Source of the DNA: Bdellovibrionales bacterium
GTDB taxonomy: Bacteria; Bdellovibrionota; Bdellovibrionia; Bdellovibrionales; UBA1609
Assembly: GCA_027317865.1 (NCBI GenBank)
Contig: DAHVQG010000001.1
Coordinates: forward strand, 1 to 64,000
Reading direction: 5' to 3'
Length of the DNA stretch: 64,000 nt
Position 1 is the stretch's first letter; every line of letters starts with the position of its first letter. The notes below the pieces were generated by a model. The model was not told where the DNA came from. It made no database searches and saw nothing but the letters and a program-made list of their open reading frames with translations. The translations under genes and the position numbers were made by a program. Below are positions 58,716 through 64,000 of the stretch, piece after piece.

Positions 58716-60407
58716 ATGAAACAATTTAAATTATTTTGTGTAGTAGCCGGATTCGCCTTCACTTCGGTTTTTTCGACCCGCGCAGTAGCGCTGCCATTTG
58801 AGGGTCATCGCATCGTTATGAGCGTTGCCAACCGCTACGCCGCGCTTGCTGGCCAAGATATAGCTGAGCACGGCGGCAACGTTGTCGACTGCGCAATAGC
58901 CATGGTTCTCGTTATGGCCGTGACCAATCCCACTTTTGGAGCGTTGGGTGGCGGAGGATTTGCGCTTGTGAAAATGAACGGCCCCGTTCGCGCGCTCGAT
59001 TTTCGTGAAACAGCAACGGCTGCAATGACGCCGACATATTATTTAAAAAAAGCTCGCAACGCCTCTATCACCGGGGGGGCGTCTGTTGGAGTGCCGGGGA
59101 TTGTGGCCGGTCTTTGGGAGCTTCACAAACGTTATGGCCACCTGCCGTGGAAGATGCTTTTTACCCGCGCGCTTTTTCTTGCCCGCCACGGCTTTCGGCT
59201 CAGCGGTAAGGTTTACGACGCGCTTTTATCAAATAAAAAAAGATTTAATTTAAAAGCGCGCGAACTCTTTTTAAAAGACGGCAAGCCTTATTTGCCAGGA
59301 TCAATCATTGTACAAAAGGGGCTTTGGCAAGCTTTGCGCATGATTCGTGATCGTGGCGCAAATGCGTTTTATTCTGGGCCCATTGCTCGTGATATTGTCA
59401 AAGCCGTGCGTGCCACGGGCGGCGATATGGTGATGAATGATTTAAACAAATATCACGTTGTTTGGCGCAAGCCACTTGTTACTCAATATCACGGTTATGA
59501 CGTTTACTTGATGCCGCCACCGAGTAGCGGCGGTATTATCACGATTCGCGCGCTTCGCCTGCTTGATTTATCCGGAATCGACAAGACTCCGTTACTTAGT
59601 GCCAATGAATTTAGTTTAATGGGTCAAGTTTTGGAGCGCGCCTTTATGGATCGCAGTGACATGGGCGACCCGGCGTTTGTTAATATGAAATTGTCGACCT
59701 ATATAAACCCCGTGCGCTTGCGAAAACTGGCTGGCTCCATTCGAATGAACCACGTAATGTCAGCCAAAGAATTGGCCGCTTACATGGGGGTGCCATTTCA
59801 TCCTGCTAAAATGCCGGGCGAACCCGAAGCGCGTGAGACAACGCATTTGTCGGTTCTTGATAGCAAAGGTCACGCCGTTTCAATGACCTATACTCTCAAC
59901 GGAAATTTCGGCTCGGGCGTAGCCACTTCAAAATACGGTATTATGCTTAACGATGAAATGGATGATTTTACAACTCATCCTGGCAAGCCCAATATGTTTG
60001 GCCTTATTCAAGGCAAAAGCAACGATGTGCAAGCCGGCAAGCGGCCATTGAGTTCAATGAGTCCAACAATGGTGGCGAAAAACGGTAAAATTATAATGGC
60101 GCTCGGGGCTCCCGGTGGGCCGCGTATTATCTCAAGCATAATTCAAGTACTTTATCGCGTGCTGGCGCGCCACGAAGCTCTTGAGCCGGCAATCGAAGCA
60201 CCGCGCGTTCATCATCAATTTTTGCCGGATATTTTGTACTACGATGATGATGGCCGCATGCCATATGATGCGATCAAAATTCTTAAAACACGCTGGCCGC
60301 ACGTAAAGGCCGGTTGGCAAGCGCACGTCTTCGCGGTCATGAACGTAAACGGTATTCTTCAGGGAGTGGTCGACACTCGCGACGAAGGTCTTGCCGCTGG
60401 GTTTTGA
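58716..60407 (+). CDS. ggt: Gamma-glutamyltransferase
   Basis: GGNVVD, LGGGGF, DFRETA, PPPSSGG, ETTHLSV (catalytic Thr), NDEMDDF, KRPLSSMSP, GAPGGPRI. Confidence 0.95.
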   Translation: MKQFKLFCVVAGFAFTSVFSTRAVALPFEGHRIVMSVANRYAALAGQDIAEHGGNVVDCAIAMVLVMAVTNPTFGALGGGGFALVKMNGPVRALDFRETATAAMTPTYYLKKARNASITGGASVGVPGIVAGLWELHKRYGHLPWKMLFTRALFLARHGFRLSGKVYDALLSNKKRFNLKARELFLKDGKPYLPGSIIVQKGLWQALRMIRDRGANAFYSGPIARDIVKAVRATGGDMVMNDLNKYHVVWRKPLVTQYHGYDVYLMPPPSSGGIITIRALRLLDLSGIDKTPLLSANEFSLMGQVLERAFMDRSDMGDPAFVNMKLSTYINPVRLRKLAGSIRMNHVMSAKELAAYMGVPFHPAKMPGEPEARETTHLSVLDSKGHAVSMTYTLNGNFGSGVATSKYGIMLNDEMDDFTTHPGKPNMFGLIQGKSNDVQAGKRPLSSMSPTMVAKNGKIIMALGAPGGPRIISSIIQVLYRVLARHEALEPAIEAPRVHHQFLPDILYYDDDGRMPYDAIKILKTRWPHVKAGWQAHVFAVMNVNGILQGVVDTRDEGLAAGF

Positions 60408-60425
60408 TTCGTTATCTAAATATCC

Positions 60426-61247
60426 TCATGTAATTTTTTGCGAACGGCGCTCTAGCCTTATGAGGTTTGTGACTGCAAATATGATTGCAAATATGCTGAT
60501 CACGGTTGAAATGCTGAGCCCCATTATGTCGGGGCCGCGCCAATCGGCCCTGTAGTGTTCCATTATAATTCGGCCGATGGCGTGCAATACGAGCCAAACT
60601 GAAAACAAATAGCCGCTACTCTTGAGCGCATCGAAGCTTGCGGTGCCATCAGGCATCGTCGTCGGTCGATCAGCGCGCGCACGAATTTCCTTTTCGAACC
60701 GAGTCAGAATAATAAACACAATAAAACCTGAAATGCTCGCATAGATTTCGGTCGGCTGCCGTGGGCCCTTCGGCAGCCACGGGTAATGAAATGTGATCGC
60801 CCACGGCAAATGGCATGGTTTACCGTAACAACAACCGGCAAGAAGACAGCCAATGCGCCCGACGCCGTAACCAAGCGCCAAAATGGGGGCAAAGAAATCG
60901 GCCCACGGCCAAAATTTTTCACGCCTAATTCTGAGCGCGATGGCGCCGGCGAGAAGTGCCCCCAAAAGACCGCCGTAAAAAACAAAACCGCCGTGCCAAA
61001 ATTCAAAGATCATAAGCGGATGCTTGCGGTAAAAAGGCCACTCTTCGTAAAAAACGGAAAAAAGCCGTGCGCCTATAAACCCGCCGATCATAACGATAAA
61101 TGCGAGATCAAGCGCAAGCTTGCGGGGCATTTCAAGTCTTTCGGCTCTGTGCGCGAGATAGATCAAACAGAGGCTATAGGTGACGCTCGCCCAAACGAAA
61201 TAAGTTGGAATATAAAGGTTAGGACCCAGATGAAGAAGCGGGAGCAT
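60426..61247 (-). CDS. lgt: Prolipoprotein diacylglyceryl transferase
   Basis: IGARL, GGFVFYGG, GRIGCLLAGCCYG, RQPTEIY, RIIMEHYR. Confidence 0.92.
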   Translation of the reverse strand: MLPLLHLGPNLYIPTYFVWASVTYSLCLIYLAHRAERLEMPRKLALDLAFIVMIGGFIGARLFSVFYEEWPFYRKHPLMIFEFWHGGFVFYGGLLGALLAGAIALRIRREKFWPWADFFAPILALGYGVGRIGCLLAGCCYGKPCHLPWAITFHYPWLPKGPRQPTEIYASISGFIVFIILTRFEKEIRARADRPTTMPDGTASFDALKSSGYLFSVWLVLHAIGRIIMEHYRADWRGPDIMGLSISTVISIFAIIFAVTNLIRLERRSQKIT

Positions 61248-61776
61248 CTTTCTTCTTTTTTGTAAGCATGAGAATCGTCAAAATGCCAACGCCAATTACG
61301 ATCGAAGAGTCGGCAAGATTAAAAACGGGGTAGTGATAAACATTGCGATAATGAAAATCTAGAAAATCAATTACGTACCCAAACCGCAACCGGTCGATGT
61401 AATTGCCGATGGCCCCTCCACTGATAAGAGAGAGCGCGTAAATTTCAAGACGCTCCGTCTCGGGCAATCCGTAAAGAAACAATACAATAATGAAAACGGC
61501 GATAGGCGGAATCGACAAGAAAAAGATTTCGCGAAAGGTGTAATGGGCGCGGCTCAGAATCCCCCAAGCGGCTCCGGTGTTGCGCACGTAAGTAAGACTA
61601 AAAAAACCGTGAATGATTCTGACGGATTGATCGAGATTAAATGTCGAATGCACGAGCATTTTTGTAAACTGATCGAGCGCGACGACCGCCAGAGAAACCG
61701 CGATAAGAACCATGTATTTCGATCCGGCAAAACGTCTGGGGGCGCCTGGTTTGCGAGTGACGGTGTCATTAGCCAT
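61219..61776 (-). CDS. lspA: Lipoprotein signal peptidase II
   Basis: DQFTK, NTGAAWG, GAIGNYIDR, VIDF, FNLAD. Confidence 0.96.
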   Translation of the reverse strand: MANDTVTRKPGAPRRFAGSKYMVLIAVSLAVVALDQFTKMLVHSTFNLDQSVRIIHGFFSLTYVRNTGAAWGILSRAHYTFREIFFLSIPPIAVFIIVLFLYGLPETERLEIYALSLISGGAIGNYIDRLRFGYVIDFLDFHYRNVYHYPVFNLADSSIVIGVGILTILMLTKKKKDAPASSSGS

Positions 61777-61849
61777 GCTGCTAGTTTAAACGCAGCCGCA
61801 TAAATTGCAAGTGCCCTGAGTGTTGTATCTATGCTTCGCGCCTGTTCGA

Positions 61850-64000
61850 CTAGTCGGATAGCGCCGCAACACATTTTGGACAAACGCCGGGGTAGCGCGA
61901 ATCGGCTCCGATTTCGGTACTGTAATTCCAGCAGCGTTCACACTTTTCACCTGGTGCGTGGCGCGCTTCAACAGAGAACGTTTGTTTGTCGTCGCGAATA
62001 AGTTGAACTGATGAGACGATCAAATATTCGCGTAGCCACGACTCACATTTTTTAAGTTCATCGAAGGTTCTGCCGCCTGCGCGCAAAATAACTTCAGCGT
62101 CGAGGTTTGAACCGATGACTTTATCTTGACGTAATGTCTCAAGCTTCTTTGATACGACTGCACGAATTTCGTCAAGCCGGGCGAAAAGCTCGAGAACTTC
62201 GCGATCATTCCATTCTGGTTTCGGAGTCGGAAAATCTGTCAAAAATATGCTTTCGCTTTTATTATCACCCGGCAAGAATGAATAAACTTCTTCGGTTAAA
62301 AACGATAAAATGGGGGCGAGAAGCCGCGACAAGACGCTAACCATTTCAACAAAAACAGTTTGTGAAGACCGGCGCGGGATGCCCGTCGGCTTACCCGTAT
62401 ATAGGCGATCTTTTAAAATGTCGAGATAAGTGGCGCTGAGGTCCGTCGTAAAAAATTGGTTGAGTGCATGGTAGACTTTGAAAAAATCATAGCTTTCGTA
62501 TGCGGCCGTCGCCGACGAGATGACTTGATTGAGCCGCGCCAAAGCCCATTGATCAATCGGTGGCATGTCTTTGAACGCAACGCGATCTTTTTTAGGATCA
62601 AAATCGCTCAGGTTGCCCAGCAAAAAACGCATGGTATTTCGAATTCGCCGGTATGTTTCGCTGACCCGCTTGCACATTTCGTCGGAGATCGTGACGTCTT
62701 CCCCGTAATCTTCATGGGCCACCCAAAGTCGTAAAATTTCAGCGCCGTATTTTTTAATCACTTCGGCCGGATCAACTACGTTGCCTTTGCTTTTGCTCAT
62801 TTTGTGGCCTTGCGCATCGTTGACAAATCCGTGCGTGATGAGCGCGCGAAACGGAGGATGTTCGTAAGCGGCCATTGACGAAATAAGACTCGTTTGAAAC
62901 CATCCACGATGTTGATCAGAACCTTCGAGATAAATGTCAGCAATTTCGTTATGCATGCGGGCGCGTTGAACACTGGTATGGCAACATCCCGAATCGAACC
63001 AGACATCAAGAATGTCGTCGCTTCGTTTAAACTTTGATTTTCCGCAGTTTTCGCATTTGTGACCGGCGGTGAAGGTTTCAACCGGACTATCAAAATAAGC
63101 TTCAATACCGGGCGCGGCTCCGTCTTTGCCGGGTGCTTCCATTGAGTCGGCAATTTTCTCCATAATTTCAGGTTTCATGAGCGGCGTTTCACAAGATTCA
63201 CAATAAAAAACCGGAATCGGTACACCCCAAGTGCGTTGCCTGCTTAAGCACCAATCAGGAGTATTTGCAACCATGGCTGTGAGGCGCGCTTGACCCCAAG
63301 CCGGAAAGTATTTGAGCTCATTTTCAACAACCGCGAGCGTTTTTTTGCGTAAACCAAAATTGTCATCCATTCGAATGAACCATTGGGGAGTGGCACGAAA
63401 AATCAGCGGCGTTTTCGTGCGCGGATTGTGCGGGTACGAGTGCACGATTTCTTTTTGCGCTAGGAGATGACCTGATTTTTTTAAATCTTCAACAATTTGC
63501 GCGTTGGCCGGCCAAATGCTTTGACCGGCGTATTTTGGCACGTCAGATGTAAATTTGCCGGCTGGGTCGACGGGTGAATAGACGGGTAAGTTATATTTGA
63601 GTCCCACGTGATAGTCTTCAAGACCATGGCCTGGGGCGGTGTGAACGGCTCCAGTGCCGGCATCAAGACTCACGTGATCACCCAAAATAATTAGTGAATC
63701 GCGATCAAGAAACGGATGTCGCGCATTTAAGTTCTCAAGTTCGGCGCCCTTCCAAATTGCAAGTGGTTCGCCAAGATTGAGGGCACATTCTTTAGCGATA
63801 CTATCCTTGAGTTCTGTTGCAAAAATTAGAATTTCAGAACCGGCATCGTACGCGCCGTATTCAAAATCCGCATTGAGGGCGACAGCAAAATTCGCAGGGA
63901 GGGTCCACGGGGTCGTCGTCCAGATCACGATTGACACGGGTTTTTTTGCGTTGAGCTTTCTAAGCGCCCCTTCAAGTTTAATGAAATTAAATTTCACATA
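61850..64000 (-). CDS. ileS: Isoleucine--tRNA ligase (type 1), 5' truncated by the window edge
   Basis: WTTTPWTLP, GTGAVHTAPGHG, DWCLSRQR, EGSDQHRGWF, KMSKS, C-terminal CERC..CPKC zinc finger; upstream of lspA. Confidence 0.97.
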   Translation of the reverse strand, partial: YVKFNFIKLEGALRKLNAKKPVSIVIWTTTPWTLPANFAVALNADFEYGAYDAGSEILIFATELKDSIAKECALNLGEPLAIWKGAELENLNARHPFLDRDSLIILGDHVSLDAGTGAVHTAPGHGLEDYHVGLKYNLPVYSPVDPAGKFTSDVPKYAGQSIWPANAQIVEDLKKSGHLLAQKEIVHSYPHNPRTKTPLIFRATPQWFIRMDDNFGLRKKTLAVVENELKYFPAWGQARLTAMVANTPDWCLSRQRTWGVPIPVFYCESCETPLMKPEIMEKIADSMEAPGKDGAAPGIEAYFDSPVETFTAGHKCENCGKSKFKRSDDILDVWFDSGCCHTSVQRARMHNEIADIYLEGSDQHRGWFQTSLISSMAAYEHPPFRALITHGFVNDAQGHKMSKSKGNVVDPAEVIKKYGAEILRLWVAHEDYGEDVTISDEMCKRVSETYRRIRNTMRFLLGNLSDFDPKKDRVAFKDMPPIDQWALARLNQVISSATAAYESYDFFKVYHALNQFFTTDLSATYLDILKDRLYTGKPTGIPRRSSQTVFVEMVSVLSRLLAPILSFLTEEVYSFLPGDNKSESIFLTDFPTPKPEWNDREVLELFARLDEIRAVVSKKLETLRQDKVIGSNLDAEVILRAGGRTFDELKKCESWLREYLIVSSVQLIRDDKQTFSVEARHAPGEKCERCWNYSTEIGADSRYPGVCPKCVAALSD

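Overview
Core chromosomal segment, most likely from a Bdellovibrionota (Bdellovibrio-like) bacterium. This is inferred from gene content and order, not from a database search. From left to right: (1) a ~12 kb envelope cluster with a partial secreted protein, a metzincin protease, three paralogous TraF/PorV/FadL-like outer-membrane beta-barrels, two small barrels, two Cys-rich lipoproteins and a 1,070-aa Ig-repeat/RCC1-propeller lipoprotein; (2) addB-addA, folA, thyA, an HD phosphohydrolase, an atypical SDR and purD; (3) a papain-like protease and an mpaA-kinase-NtrC operon divergent from glmU-glmS; (4) trmFO, dciA, an M23 peptidase and mlaEFD; (5) a sigma54-driven flagellar operon (TPR protein, receiver-less activator, flgBC-fliEFGHIJ, MotE/FlbB-like, fliK, flgD, TIGR02530-type protein, flgE); (6) two hypothetical genes, pfkA, a lipoprotein, ggt, lgt, lspA and a partial ileS. 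I saw no tRNA, rRNA, CRISPR array or mobile element. The most interesting signals are a multi-hairpin RNA element between an RNase-like flagellar gene and flgE, the triple barrel/lipoprotein cluster under FliA-like leaderless promoters, a recurrent GTCTCA-N3-TGAGAC operator, and a histidine kinase lacking its ATP lid.
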